Of a DNA stretch of 64,000 nt, positions 51,684 through 62,668 are shown piece after piece. The stretch is from positions 787,011-851,010 of the forward strand of contig JBLYPX010000001.1 of the NCBI GenBank assembly GCA_048538235.1, given 5' to 3'. A model generated the notes under the pieces. It made no database searches. It was not told the origin of the DNA and saw only the letters and a list, made by a program, of their open reading frames with translations. Made by a program: the position numbers and the translations under genes. Every line of letters begins with the position of its first letter. The first letter of the stretch is position 1. Source of the stretch: Candidatus Komeilibacteria bacterium. GTDB taxonomy: Bacteria; Patescibacteriota; Patescibacteriia; UBA1558.

Positions 51684-52255
51684 TTATTGTTAATTATTTT
51701 TAATGTTGCTTTTATCTTATCTTGAATATCTTCAATGTCTGAGGGTAATTTGCTAACAGCATGTCTAATGTCATTCTGACTATATCCTAAAGCTTCTAAA
51801 GCATCTATAACCTCATCACCAACACCCTTTACAATTTCACCAGTTGCTGATGTTAAAGCATTTATCTTATTCTTTAATTCAATAACTATTCTTTCGGCTG
51901 TTTTCTGACCAATGCCAGATACTTTTTTAAGTAGGGTTGGATCACCTTTATATATAGCTTGTTTAATATCTTCTAGTTTAGCAATGGATAATACAGCTAG
52001 GGCCGATCTTGGACCAACGCCAGAAATAGACAAAAGGTGTTTAAAGAATTCTAATTCATCAATAGTTTTAAAACCATATAAATCTAAAGCATCTTCTTTA
52101 ACATATTGGTGTGTAAATAGTTCAATTTTTTCTCCCTCTTTGACAGAGTTAAGAATCATTTCTGTAGAAAAAATTTGGTAACCAATATCTTGATTATCTA
52201 AGATTATATATTTATCTGTTTTGTAGGTAATTTTACCTTTAATATATGCTATCAT
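51680..52255 (-). CDS. ruvA: Holliday junction branch migration protein RuvA
   Basis: MIAYIKG, LYGF, SGVGPRSAL, GIGQKTAERI. Confidence 0.96.
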   Translation of the reverse strand: MIAYIKGKITYKTDKYIILDNQDIGYQIFSTEMILNSVKEGEKIELFTHQYVKEDALDLYGFKTIDELEFFKHLLSISGVGPRSALAVLSIAKLEDIKQAIYKGDPTLLKKVSGIGQKTAERIVIELKNKINALTSATGEIVKGVGDEVIDALEALGYSQNDIRHAVSKLPSDIEDIQDKIKATLKIINNK

Positions 52256-52362
52256 GGACTAATTGTACTATTTTTTCAGTCTTTATTCAATTTATTGTAA
52301 TAAAAAACCGCCCTTTGTTTTCACATTGAGCGGTTTTATAGTTTTTATCCTCCTTTTGAATG

Positions 52363-53661
52363 TTAACCATTCATAATCTTGAACTGATCGTCAGACAATT
52401 CAATGAGTTTGATTTGATCGTAAATGACTCCCCAGACGTAATCGTTGTCTGCTTCACACCCAATGGTAATGAGCTCGTCTTTGCTCATTCCAACAAGGTG
52501 GGACTTGATCAAGTCTATGAGGATTGGCCAAATGTATGTTTGACTCCCTATGTTCATAAGCTGATCAAGGGTCTTGTTTTGCAATTTAGGCAGTAGATAT
52601 GTGGACATTTTTTCTAGAGCCTTTGTTGCGCTTCGGTAAAGAGAAAACGTGTTTACCAGCTCTAGAAGATTGTCTAGAGACGACCGTTTTAGTTTTTGAT
52701 CAATCAAGCCATTACCAATAACAACGGAAATTGTGTCGATGTATCCATTTTTGGCCATTAAGGTAATTTGTTTGATATCAAGCTTCCAGGTGTATAGGCA
52801 GGCTCTTATCAGGTCGCGTTCGTTCCGGTCGATGTACTGGTTAAAAAGTGCAATTACGTTGTCTTTGGGTAGCTTGCCGGTTTCAACAATAAGTTGTAAT
52901 AACTTGCCAGCCCTTTTGCTTATTAGTATTATTTGCTGAACCCACAATTTCAACCTTTCGGTGGGTACTTTTTTCAGATCATTACTAAGAGCAAAAATGA
53001 TCTCATCAAAGAGGGGTGCAGGAGCCAATTGAATTATTTCAATTAATTGGGACACTGAAAGCCTTTTTGAATTGATGACAAACTTCCAAAAACTCCCACT
53101 ATCATCTTGAATCTGGGCGGCAAGATTAATCAACTTGGGAGTGGTCATTTCCTCATGTCTGCTTGGTAATTGTTTTTCAACAAGGTTGTTTATGAGATAT
53201 TTTTTCCAACCAGCTTGTTGAATTGCCTCCACCATCTGAGCAAAAGACAGTCTGTTTAACTCAAATAGGCAAAGCCAGATTGTGTCCGACTTGATGAAAG
53301 TCCCAAGATCAAACAGATATTTTCTTGATCTTGCTTTCAACCAGGAACTCATTTTTTTGGATTCAAAGACAGATTCCCAAATAAACTCCTTGTTGTGTGC
53401 TTTGCAAATTTTAATGACTCGTCCTGAATCAACTGTGCTCCATCGTTCGCTCAGCTTCGTAACAATGTGATTATGAATATCATAGTCATCAGCCCACTCA
53501 TAAAAATTTATGAGCCCATCAAGATCACAAACAGCTAAAAAGTCATTGAGCTTTCTGGCTGCCATTTCCTTCGTTGCCGTCGTTCCTGTTGATTTGATTA
53601 TTGCAACCAATTGACCAGGGTTTAGATCCGTATTTTTAATAACCTTTTCTAAAGCTCCCAT
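52363..53661 (-). CDS. Hypothetical helical-repeat protein (accessory)
   Basis: 432-aa ORF, own promoter TTGACA-N17-TAATTT and SD AAGGAG. Confidence 0.75.
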   Translation of the reverse strand: MGALEKVIKNTDLNPGQLVAIIKSTGTTATKEMAARKLNDFLAVCDLDGLINFYEWADDYDIHNHIVTKLSERWSTVDSGRVIKICKAHNKEFIWESVFESKKMSSWLKARSRKYLFDLGTFIKSDTIWLCLFELNRLSFAQMVEAIQQAGWKKYLINNLVEKQLPSRHEEMTTPKLINLAAQIQDDSGSFWKFVINSKRLSVSQLIEIIQLAPAPLFDEIIFALSNDLKKVPTERLKLWVQQIILISKRAGKLLQLIVETGKLPKDNVIALFNQYIDRNERDLIRACLYTWKLDIKQITLMAKNGYIDTISVVIGNGLIDQKLKRSSLDNLLELVNTFSLYRSATKALEKMSTYLLPKLQNKTLDQLMNIGSQTYIWPILIDLIKSHLVGMSKDELITIGCEADNDYVWGVIYDQIKLIELSDDQFKIMNG

Positions 53662-53765
53662 TTTCTTTCTCCTTGTATATTCTGTTTTTAAATTTCAGTT
53701 AACGATATAAATTAGCAAATATGGGGGATTTTGTCAATATTTAAGCACTAATGTATACTAATCCT

Positions 53766-55811
53766 ATGAAATTCAAATTAAAGTCTAAATTTAAGCCGAC
53801 TGGTGATCAGCCGGCAGCTATTAATAAGCTGGTTAATGGTTTAAAGGCAGGGTATAAACATCAAACACTATTAGGAGTAACAGGGTCTGGTAAAACATTT
53901 ACCATGGCCAATATTATCAATAAGGTACAAAAACCAACATTAATAATTTCGCATAATAAAACATTAGCAGCTCAATTAGCATCAGAGTTTAAAGAATTCT
54001 TTCCAGATAATGAAGTTCACTATTTTGTTTCCTACTATGACTATTACCAACCAGAAGCATATGTTGCTAGAACAGATACATATATTGAAAAGGAAACAGA
54101 TATTAATGAAGAGATAGATAGATTAAGACATGCTTCTACTCAAGCTATTCTTTCACGTAAAGATGTAATAATTGTTGCTTCTGTTTCTTGTATATACAAT
54201 TTAGGTAATCCAAAAGAATATAATAAACAAACAATTGGGCTAAAAATTAATACTAAAGAAAACAGAGATGATGTTTTAAGAAAATTAGTAGACATGCAGT
54301 ATGAAAGAAATGATTATTCTTTTTGGCGAGGAACATTTAGAGTTAAAGGAGATATATTAGAAGTATTTCCAGTCTCTTCTTCAGACTATTATTACCGCAT
54401 TGAGTTTTTGGGAGACAAGATTGAGACTATTAGTCAATTAAGTTCTATTACCAATAAAAAAATAAATGAAGAGATTATTAAAGAGTTAGAAATATACCCA
54501 GCTAAGCACTATGTAATTTCTAAAGATGAGTTAAAAAAGATAACCAAGAATATTCGTAAAGATTTAGATAAACAATTAAAAGCTTTAAAAGATAATAATA
54601 AGCTAGTTGAGGCACAAAGATTAGAACAAAGAACAAATTATGATATTGAGATGATTGAATCAGTTGGCTATTGTAATAGTATTGAGAATTATTCTAGATA
54701 TTTTGATGGCAGAAAACCAGGTCAAGCACCGTACAGTTTAATAGATTATTTCCCAGAAGATTTTTTAATGTTTATAGATGAGTCACACATGACTATTCCT
54801 CAGATTGGTGCCATGTATAACGGAGATAGAGCCAGGAAAGAAACTTTAATAGAGTATGGTTTTCGTTTACCATCAGCACTGGACAACAGACCTCTACAGT
54901 TTAAAGAGTTTGAAGAAAGAGTTAATCAAGCTATATATACAACAGCCACACCTGGACCATATGAGTATGAAAAAGTTAATGTAAAGATGAATAAAACATT
55001 AACTAGTAAGCAGGTAGATATAGCAGATTTAAAAGCTAAATTAAATGATCCTAAATCAGCTATTGTAGAGCAAATAATACGCCCAACTGGACTTCTTGAT
55101 CCAGAGATTGAAATAAAACCAACTAAGCATCAAATAGATGATTTGGTTAAAGAGATAGAGTTAAGGATTAAAAAGAAACAGAGAGTTTTAGTTACAACCC
55201 TAACAAAAAGAATGTCAGAAGAGTTAGCAGAGTACTTACAAGAGCTTAAAATAAAAGTTCACTATTTACATTCAGAAGTAGATACATTAGAGAGAATTGA
55301 AATTTTAAACAATTTAAGATCTGGTAAAGTAGATGTGGTGGTTGGTATTAATCTTCTTCGTGAAGGGTTAGATCTTCCAGAGGTAACCTTGGTTGCAATC
55401 TTAGATGCAGACAAAGAAGGATTTTTAAGATCAGAAACTTCTTTAATACAAACAATGGGTAGAGCAGCTAGACATAATGAAGGTAAAGTAATAATGTATG
55501 CAGATAAAATAACCGGTTCAATGGAAAGGGCTGTAGAAATTGTTCAAAGGAGAAGAAAAATTCAAGAAGAATATAATAAGAAACACAATATTAAACCAAA
55601 AACTATTATTAAAGAAATTAGAGGAACTCTTGTTCCAAGTAAGAAAGATAAAAAGAAAGGTAAGCCTAAAGTATTTAAACAGTTTACTAAGGAAGAAAAA
55701 GAAAAATTACTTGAAAGTTTAACCGCTAAGATGAAATTAGCCGCTCGTAATTTAGAATTTGAAAAAGCAGCTGAGATTAGAGATGAGATTGAAGATATAA
55801 AAAAGAATTGA
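53766..55811 (+). CDS. uvrB: Excinuclease ABC subunit B (start revised to MKFKLK)
   Basis: [33 protein letters not shown] domain. Confidence 0.97.
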   Translation: MKFKLKSKFKPTGDQPAAINKLVNGLKAGYKHQTLLGVTGSGKTFTMANIINKVQKPTLIISHNKTLAAQLASEFKEFFPDNEVHYFVSYYDYYQPEAYVARTDTYIEKETDINEEIDRLRHASTQAILSRKDVIIVASVSCIYNLGNPKEYNKQTIGLKINTKENRDDVLRKLVDMQYERNDYSFWRGTFRVKGDILEVFPVSSSDYYYRIEFLGDKIETISQLSSITNKKINEEIIKELEIYPAKHYVISKDELKKITKNIRKDLDKQLKALKDNNKLVEAQRLEQRTNYDIEMIESVGYCNSIENYSRYFDGRKPGQAPYSLIDYFPEDFLMFIDESHMTIPQIGAMYNGDRARKETLIEYGFRLPSALDNRPLQFKEFEERVNQAIYTTATPGPYEYEKVNVKMNKTLTSKQVDIADLKAKLNDPKSAIVEQIIRPTGLLDPEIEIKPTKHQIDDLVKEIELRIKKKQRVLVTTLTKRMSEELAEYLQELKIKVHYLHSEVDTLERIEILNNLRSGKVDVVVGINLLREGLDLPEVTLVAILDADKEGFLRSETSLIQTMGRAARHNEGKVIMYADKITGSMERAVEIVQRRRKIQEEYNKKHNIKPKTIIKEIRGTLVPSKKDKKKGKPKVFKQFTKEEKEKLLESLTAKMKLAARNLEFEKAAEIRDEIEDIKKN

Positions 55812-55876
55812 CAAACACACTCGTTTGATATAAATTGTTCCCATAAACGCAACTTAACAAAACCTAGGAGGGATAA

Positions 55877-56839
55877 ATGAAGGGTAATATAATGTTGTTT
55901 GCTGGTTGGGCATCCAAGACCTTGGCGAATAGTATTGCTGAGGACATGGGCATTCAATTGGGGCAGGTTACGATGAAGAAGTTTTCCGACGGGGAAAGGA
56001 ATTTGCAGATCCGTGAGAACGTGCGCAATAAGCACGTTTTTATAATCAACTCAACCGGACCTAATACTCAACACTTTGTTGATCTGCTTCTGTTGATGGA
56101 TGCTATACGTGGTTCATCGGCAGGCCAGATGACGGTTATAATCCCATATTTTGGGTATAGCCGCCAAGAAAGAAAGGATAAACCGCACGTTCCAATATCT
56201 GCACGCGTGATGGCAGACTGCATTGAATCGCAAAGACCGAGCAGACTTATTTTTTGCGATTTACATAGCGCTGCTATTCCAGCTTTCTTCAGGACAACGT
56301 CAGACCATATTTATGCTCGTCCAATTTTCCTTGATCATATCAGGGAAAAATTTGCAGACCAGTTAGATAATATGGTTTTGGTAGCACCAGATGCTGGCGC
56401 AGCCAAGATAAGCAGATCTTATGCTCAGCGTTTGGGAGTTCCAATTGCTATCATAGATAAGCGTAGGCCAAAAGAGAACAAAGCAGAGGTTATGCATATC
56501 GTTGGTGATGTTGATGGCAAGACCTGCATCATGATCGATGATATGATAGATACCGCCGGAACCATGACCAGCGGAGCAGTCGCACTGATGGAACATGGCG
56601 CTACTGGTGTTCACGCTATGACAACTCATGGAGTTTTGTCAGGACCAGCCTTACAGCGTATTAATGATTCACCAATTGAATCAGTGATGGTAACAGATAC
56701 TGTCAATATTGGAAATAAACAAAAAAAATGTTCTAAAATTGAAATTGTATCTATGGCTGGAATATTAAGTGAAGCTATCAAGCGCACTTATTCTGGCGAG
56801 TCACTATCAGCTCTTTTTTATTGTAATATACTCTTATGA
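55877..56839 (+). CDS. prs: Ribose-phosphate pyrophosphokinase
   Basis: FSDGE, PYFGYSRQERK, DLHS, PDAG, IDDMIDTAGT. Confidence 0.95.
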   Translation: MKGNIMLFAGWASKTLANSIAEDMGIQLGQVTMKKFSDGERNLQIRENVRNKHVFIINSTGPNTQHFVDLLLLMDAIRGSSAGQMTVIIPYFGYSRQERKDKPHVPISARVMADCIESQRPSRLIFCDLHSAAIPAFFRTTSDHIYARPIFLDHIREKFADQLDNMVLVAPDAGAAKISRSYAQRLGVPIAIIDKRRPKENKAEVMHIVGDVDGKTCIMIDDMIDTAGTMTSGAVALMEHGATGVHAMTTHGVLSGPALQRINDSPIESVMVTDTVNIGNKQKKCSKIEIVSMAGILSEAIKRTYSGESLSALFYCNILL

Positions 56840-57510
56840 CTGAATCAGGATATATATTAATAGATAAGCCTAAGACTTGGACATCTTTTGATGTCGTGGC
56901 TAAGCTTCGTAATATAACGGGTATTAAAAAGATTGGTCATGCTGGCACTTTAGATCCAATTGCTACCGGTCTTTTAATTGTAGCTATTGGCAGAGATGCA
57001 ACTAAGCATATTGAAGAGTTAATGAAATTAGATAAGGTGTATATTGTAAAAGCTAAACTGGGAGAAGTATCAGATACTTATGATGCTGATGGAGAAATTA
57101 AAATTAAAGAAAATAAAGAAATATCTGAGGATGAATTATTAAAAGTAGTTAATAAATATATAGGGGAGATTGAACAAGTTCCGCCAATGTATTCGGCTAA
57201 AAAAGTAAAAGGTAAAAAGTTATACGAGCTAGCAAGACAAGGTAAAGAAATTGAAAGGCAGGCTGTTAAGATAAATATTTCAGATATTAAGCTTTTAGAT
57301 TTTACGAACCCATACTTTGAACTAGAAGTTAGTTGTGGTTCAGGAACATATATTCGTAGTCTTGTTCATGACATTGGACAGGATCTAAATATGGGAGCTG
57401 TTATGTATGAATTAAGGAGAACTAGAATCGGTAAATATGATATACAAAAAGCTGTTCAAATTGAACAGCTAACAAAAGATAATTGGCAGGAATATTTGTT
57501 TAATAAATAG
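56836..57510 (+). CDS. truB: tRNA pseudouridine(55) synthase TruB
   Basis: KIGHAGTLDP, PPMYSA, GTYIRSL. Confidence 0.96.
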   Translation: MTESGYILIDKPKTWTSFDVVAKLRNITGIKKIGHAGTLDPIATGLLIVAIGRDATKHIEELMKLDKVYIVKAKLGEVSDTYDADGEIKIKENKEISEDELLKVVNKYIGEIEQVPPMYSAKKVKGKKLYELARQGKEIERQAVKINISDIKLLDFTNPYFELEVSCGSGTYIRSLVHDIGQDLNMGAVMYELRRTRIGKYDIQKAVQIEQLTKDNWQEYLFNK

Positions 57511-57739
57511 TAATATCTTGCCCAGTTATTTCTTTAATAATTCTTTTTATCCTAGGACGTAAGAATTTAGCCTCCTTTAACATTCTGTAGAAATCATTTA
57601 AATAAATAGTTTTGACCCCTATTTTACCAACAGAAGAACCAAAAGAGTCATTAAACTTTTTTGTACTAGTAATAGAGTCGTTTGAGCGGTAAAGCTTTTC
57701 TATAACCAACATTTGTTGTTTTGGGGTTATTCTGTCCAT
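57500..57739 (-). CDS. Small hypothetical protein
   Basis: 79-aa ATG ORF filling the gap between truB and rpsT. Confidence 0.65.
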   Translation of the reverse strand: MDRITPKQQMLVIEKLYRSNDSITSTKKFNDSFGSSVGKIGVKTIYLNDFYRMLKEAKFLRPRIKRIIKEITGQDITIY

Positions 57740-57857
57740 AAGGTCTTGATTTATTTCTACTTATATGATAATCTATTATCCAGTTTAAGGGAATATTATC
57801 TGTAACCGGAGCTTAGAGATTATAATTCCTTAATAATATTATTAATTTTAGAAAAAT

Positions 57858-58127
57858 ATGCCAGTAAAGAAAGCAGCTTTTAAAGATTTAAAACAGTCAA
57901 AGAAAAAAGCAATTGTAAATTTACGTATTAAAAGATCTATTAAAACTTTGATTAAAGATATAGACAAATCTCTTGGCTCAGATAAAATTGATGAAGCTAA
58001 GAAATTAGCAGATAAGTTACAGAAGACAATAGATAAAGCTATTCAGCACGGTAGAATGAAGAAGAACGCCGGTGCTAGAAAGAAATCCAGAGTAGCATCT
58101 CGAATCAAAAAGCATTCAACAAAATAA
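57858..58127 (+). CDS. rpsT: 30S ribosomal protein S20
   Basis: MPVKKAAFK..IDKA...KNAGARKKSR. Confidence 0.92.
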   Translation: MPVKKAAFKDLKQSKKKAIVNLRIKRSIKTLIKDIDKSLGSDKIDEAKKLADKLQKTIDKAIQHGRMKKNAGARKKSRVASRIKKHSTK

Positions 58128-58149
58128 TACTAGATTAAAAAACACCTCG

Positions 58150-59112
58150 TTATATACGAGGTGTTTTTATTATAAATAGATTTAGGAATAGTTCATTATC
58201 TAAGGGAGACGATTTCATGTCTAGATCAAGCTTAACCAACCTGTTAAATATCTGTTTTAAATCATCCATAGAGTATTTAGATAATAGGGGTAGTGATTTT
58301 TTTATAACAAAAGGATGAAGTCCTGTAGTACTACTTATGTCAGAGCTAGAGCTATTATTTGATACTAAGGATTTTAACTGTAGCAATATTCTGAATTGTC
58401 TGAGAATCATTGTTAGTAAGTATTGTTCATTAGCACCTTGTTCTAATTGCTCTTGTAAAAGTTTAATAGCTTTTGCTTGTTGTTGACTAGCAATAGCATC
58501 TGTTAAGTTAAAAATATTTTCATCTAATTTTCCTCTAGTTAATAATTCTATATCCTGTTCAATAATATTTTGACCATTCTTGTAATTAACCAGCTTATTA
58601 ATTTCAGAAGATAGTAACCATAAATTATTACCAACATTGGCAGTTAATAGATTTAAGGCTGGTAATGTAATTTTACCATTAAGCTTTTCTATTTCAGCTT
58701 TGGCCCAAGCGTTTAACCTACTATTATCTAGTGGTTCAAATTCACTTACATATTTATATGTAGATAGCTTTTTAAACAAAGAACTTCTTTTGTCTGGTTT
58801 TCCTTCTTGCCAAAAAAGTAGAAAGTTTTCATCAGAAGAATCTGTTTGTTTATTTAAATAATTTATTAAATCATCTTTTATCTTGTTTAGACCCTTATGG
58901 CTAAAGATGTTTTTAATAATGATTAATCTTTTGTCTGCTAAAAATCCAGCCTGTGAAACAGCTTCATTAAATTGTTCTAGAGTAAGTTCTGATCCATCTA
59001 AAAGTAAGGTATTAAAACCAGACTTATCTACCTCAGCTAAGAACTTATCTTTTATTTGTTTAACTTTTTGCCACGCTCTGTACGTGTCATCTCCATAGAA
59101 AAAGAAAATCAT
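58150..59112 (-). CDS. holA: DNA polymerase III delta subunit
   Basis: MIFFFYGDD, FLADKRLIII, EINKL, NIFNLTDAI, HPFV. Confidence 0.92.
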   Translation of the reverse strand: MIFFFYGDDTYRAWQKVKQIKDKFLAEVDKSGFNTLLLDGSELTLEQFNEAVSQAGFLADKRLIIIKNIFSHKGLNKIKDDLINYLNKQTDSSDENFLLFWQEGKPDKRSSLFKKLSTYKYVSEFEPLDNSRLNAWAKAEIEKLNGKITLPALNLLTANVGNNLWLLSSEINKLVNYKNGQNIIEQDIELLTRGKLDENIFNLTDAIASQQQAKAIKLLQEQLEQGANEQYLLTMILRQFRILLQLKSLVSNNSSSSDISSTTGLHPFVIKKSLPLLSKYSMDDLKQIFNRLVKLDLDMKSSPLDNELFLNLFIIKTPRI

Positions 59113-59194
59113 AATGATTTGACATATGTTATTCGTAGAGTTAAGATACTATGAAATAGTACTTTTTGCAATAAAGAAGAAAAGGAGGTCTGTT

Positions 59195-59311
59195 ATGAGG
59201 GCCAAACAAAAGGATCACAGTCTATTGTACGCCGTTATTACGGTTGTTGTTCTCTCCGCTGTGGTTTGGTTTTTTTTCGCCGGTGGCAAAGAGATGCTTC
59301 TGGGCGGTTAA
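59195..59311 (+). CDS. 38-aa single-TM accessory peptide
   Basis: TTGACA-N17-TAAGAT promoter, SD AAGGAGG, hydrophobic helix, terminator at about 59331-59363. Confidence 0.65.
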   Translation: MRAKQKDHSLLYAVITVVVLSAVVWFFFAGGKEMLLGG

Positions 59312-59361
59312 TAAAACCCAATACAAAACGAAAAGATTCCTTCGTTCAAGAAGGAATCTTT

Positions 59362-62091
59362 TTATTTTAATTCACCCCAGTTATTACCAGAGGCTATATC
59401 TACTTTAATTGGTACTTTTAGCTTATATATATTCTCCATTGTTTCTTGAATGAATTTTGTAACTTTTCTTACATCTTTGTCTGGAGCTTCTACCACAACT
59501 TCATCGTGTACTTGTAGTAGTAATTTAGAGTTTGGTGAAATGCTTGGAAGTTCTTCCCAGATTTTTATCATAGCCAGCTTCATAATATCTGCAGCCGTTC
59601 CTTGTACAGGCATATTTATTGCGGTTCTTTCAGCAGCAGCTTGCATGAACGGTATTCTAGAATTAATATCTGGTAAATATCTTCTACGTTTAAATAGTGT
59701 TTCAACGTATCCGTTTTCGTGAGCAAATTCTTTTGTAGCATCTAAATACTGTTTAATCTTTTTATACAACTCTAAATAGTTGTCAATAAATTGTTTAGCT
59801 TCTGTTCTGTTTAGGTCTGTGCTTTTAGCAAGGCCGGTTGAGCCAAGTCCATAGATAATACCAAAGTTAATAGCTTTTGCCTGGTATCTTTGTTCAAAGC
59901 TTACATCTTTAATATCTATATGATTAATTTCAGCAGCTGTTCGCCTATGAATGTCTTCTCCTTTCTTAAACGAAGCACTCATTTTAGGATCGTCAGCAAG
60001 CGAGGAAATTATTCTTAATTCAACTTGAGAATAATCTGCTCCAATTAATTTATATCCCGGTCTAGTTATAAAACCTTTACGTATTTCACGACCTAGATCT
60101 GTACGAATAGGAATATTTTGCAAATTAGGATCAGATGAAGATAATCTACCAGTAGCTGTTACTGCTTGGTTATAACTTGTATGAACACGACCTGTTTTAG
60201 AATTAATAAGTTCTGGGAGTGCATCAAGATAGGTGTTTTTAAGTTTAGAATACTCTCTAAAGTCAGAAATTAAATCTATAATTGGATGAAGTCCTTTCAT
60301 TTTTTCTAATTGAGCAGCATCAGTTGAAAAGCCAGTTTTAGTTTTCTTTAATCCAGCTGTAGATACATTAAGTTTTTCAAATAGTATTTCTTTTAACTGT
60401 TTAGGTGAGGCCACATTAAATTCTTCACCCGCTAACTTATATATTTTTTGTTCAATAGATTTAATTCTTTTTGTTAAATCTTTATTCATTGAGTTCAAAA
60501 ACTTTTCATCAATTTTAATACCAGTTAATTCCATATTGGCCAGAACTTTAACTAGCGGCATTTCAATATCTTTCAAAAGATCAAACATTTTTTCTTCCCG
60601 TATTTGATCATAGAATACCTTGTATAACCTCCAGGTATAGTCGGCATCTTCACAAGCATAAGGAGACACCTTACTAATGTCTATATCTACCATGCTTAGC
60701 TGTTTTTTACCTTTAGGACCTATTAAATCTGTTATTGGTTGCATTTTATACCCGAACTCTGAAAAGGCTAAATCATCTAATTTTAGGCTTCTGGTGGGTG
60801 GCAAAAGTAAATAACCAGCTAGCATAGTATCGAAAAAAAGGTTGTTTGTATCTATACCAGCAACTTTTAATACTTTGTAATCATATTTAATATTATGACC
60901 AATCTTTTTAATTTTATTGTCTGTAAAAATTGGTTCTAGTTTTTTAAGCCATGCTTTATTATTTTTAATATCTAAATAATATGCAGTGCCAGTTTCCCAG
61001 CAAAAACTAATACCAAGAAGTTCGCAAGTTAAAGGATCTAAACTAGATGTTTCTGTGTCAAAAGCAAAGACGGGTTGTTTTTTTAACTCAGCTAGAAATG
61101 TATTAAATTGTTTTTCTGTATTTATTAGATTATATCCACTACTCATTTTAGATTGGGAGATAGAAGCGTATTCCTCGGTGTCTTTTGTTTTATTACCCTT
61201 AGCTAGTTTTGTTGGAATCTTTGTGAGTAAACTTTTGAATTCAAATCTTTGAAATGCTTTATATACTTCTTCTGGATCAAAGCCAGTAGTTTTCATGTCT
61301 TTTAAAGAAACATCTATTTTTACATTGGTAACAATAGTTGCTAGTTTATAACTTTGGTAAGCTTGTTCTTTTTGTTCTTTAAGAAGTTGTTTATTACGAT
61401 CAGATATCTTATCTGTTTTATCTAATGCTTTGTAGATGTTATCCAGATTGCCAAATTCTTTAATCATATCCGTAGCACCTTTGTCACCAATTCCTTTAAC
61501 GCCAGGAATATTATCTGAAGGATCACCTCTTAAAGCTTTGTAGTCAATAACTTGTCTTGGTCCAAAACCATATCTTTCTTTAACAGCTGCTTCATCATAG
61601 GTGATGGTATCTGTTATACCCCTTCTAATTGTGAAGACACTATTATTTTTATTAACCAATTGCAAAGCATCCATATCTCCTGTAACAATAATGCATTTCA
61701 ATTCTGGTTTAGTCTTGTTCATTTTACTAACCAAGGTTCCAATAACATCATCTGCTTCATAACCCTCAGCTGTATAGATGGGAATATTAAAAACATCTAG
61801 CACATCATATACTAAATCTATTTGATCAATGAACTCTTCTGGTGGAGCTTCACGTTGAGCTTTATAATCTCCAAACTCTTCATGTCTAAAAGTAGGACCT
61901 TTAAGGTCAAAAGTGCAAGCAATATATTCAGGCTCAAATTCTTTAATAATTTTTAATAGAATAGAAGTAAAGCCATAGACAGCATTAACCATAGTTCCAT
62001 CTTTTGTTCTAAGCGGAGGCAAAGCATGCCAAGCTCTGTGTAATAGAGCATGACCATCTATTATTATTAATTTTTCTTCTTTTTTTGCCAT
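59362..62091 (-). CDS. polA: DNA polymerase I (start revised to MAKKEE)
   Basis: YEADDVIG, GDPSDNIPG, FDTET, ADYSQVELR, LQVHDE. Confidence 0.97.
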   Translation of the reverse strand: MAKKEEKLIIIDGHALLHRAWHALPPLRTKDGTMVNAVYGFTSILLKIIKEFEPEYIACTFDLKGPTFRHEEFGDYKAQREAPPEEFIDQIDLVYDVLDVFNIPIYTAEGYEADDVIGTLVSKMNKTKPELKCIIVTGDMDALQLVNKNNSVFTIRRGITDTITYDEAAVKERYGFGPRQVIDYKALRGDPSDNIPGVKGIGDKGATDMIKEFGNLDNIYKALDKTDKISDRNKQLLKEQKEQAYQSYKLATIVTNVKIDVSLKDMKTTGFDPEEVYKAFQRFEFKSLLTKIPTKLAKGNKTKDTEEYASISQSKMSSGYNLINTEKQFNTFLAELKKQPVFAFDTETSSLDPLTCELLGISFCWETGTAYYLDIKNNKAWLKKLEPIFTDNKIKKIGHNIKYDYKVLKVAGIDTNNLFFDTMLAGYLLLPPTRSLKLDDLAFSEFGYKMQPITDLIGPKGKKQLSMVDIDISKVSPYACEDADYTWRLYKVFYDQIREEKMFDLLKDIEMPLVKVLANMELTGIKIDEKFLNSMNKDLTKRIKSIEQKIYKLAGEEFNVASPKQLKEILFEKLNVSTAGLKKTKTGFSTDAAQLEKMKGLHPIIDLISDFREYSKLKNTYLDALPELINSKTGRVHTSYNQAVTATGRLSSSDPNLQNIPIRTDLGREIRKGFITRPGYKLIGADYSQVELRIISSLADDPKMSASFKKGEDIHRRTAAEINHIDIKDVSFEQRYQAKAINFGIIYGLGSTGLAKSTDLNRTEAKQFIDNYLELYKKIKQYLDATKEFAHENGYVETLFKRRRYLPDINSRIPFMQAAAERTAINMPVQGTAADIMKLAMIKIWEELPSISPNSKLLLQVHDEVVVEAPDKDVRKVTKFIQETMENIYKLKVPIKVDIASGNNWGELK

Positions 62092-62143
62092 AATATGTAT
62101 ATATTTTACCATTAATTTAAGCTTTAAGGAAGCAAAAAACGCC

Positions 62144-62293
62144 CTATTCTAAGGCGTTTTTGTTGTTCATAGTAATTTTTTTAACATCCCTCTCTTTTTT
62201 CATACCAATTCCTAGTACTAGTATTAATCCAATAACCGCAAGAGCAGCAATAGATATTAGTAAAACGTGAAAACCATTTAATTGGTTATACAT
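62144..62293 (-). CDS. 49-aa single-TM accessory peptide (MYNQLNG...)
   Basis: SD GAGGAGG, hydrophobic helix. Confidence 0.6.
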   Translation of the reverse strand: MYNQLNGFHVLLISIAALAVIGLILVLGIGMKKERDVKKITMNNKNALE

Positions 62294-62376
62294 AATCCCT
62301 CCTCTTTGTTGGTAATATAATAGCAGATGTAGGGGGAAATAAAAAGCACCTCGGTGTTCTGAGGCGCTCATAGATT

Positions 62377-62553
62377 TCAGTTTTTTGGCGGATGTTTGTA
62401 CTTGAGTCCGCACTTTGGGCAATAGTGACCTATTACCTTTGTTGGTGCTTTTTGAGGTGGACCCCCAATTCTTATGGGGCCCTGGCGTGGCATAGTAATG
62501 GTATCTTCTTCAAGTGCTGTTTTACAAAAAACACAATTTCCGCTTTCTGACAT
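62377..62553 (-). CDS. Small zinc-ribbon protein (CVFC...CPKC)
   Basis: SD AGGAGG before MSESGN; two CxxC pairs. Confidence 0.7.
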   Translation of the reverse strand: MSESGNCVFCKTALEEDTITMPRQGPIRIGGPPQKAPTKVIGHYCPKCGLKYKHPPKN

Positions 62554-62668
62554 TTTACGTCCTCCTGTCATTTATTTGTTATTTACGTCAGAGAGATTAT
62601 CTTCTCATTTATATGTATTTTTGTCAAACAAAAACACCCCGATGTTCTGAGGTGTTTATTTGATTTGT

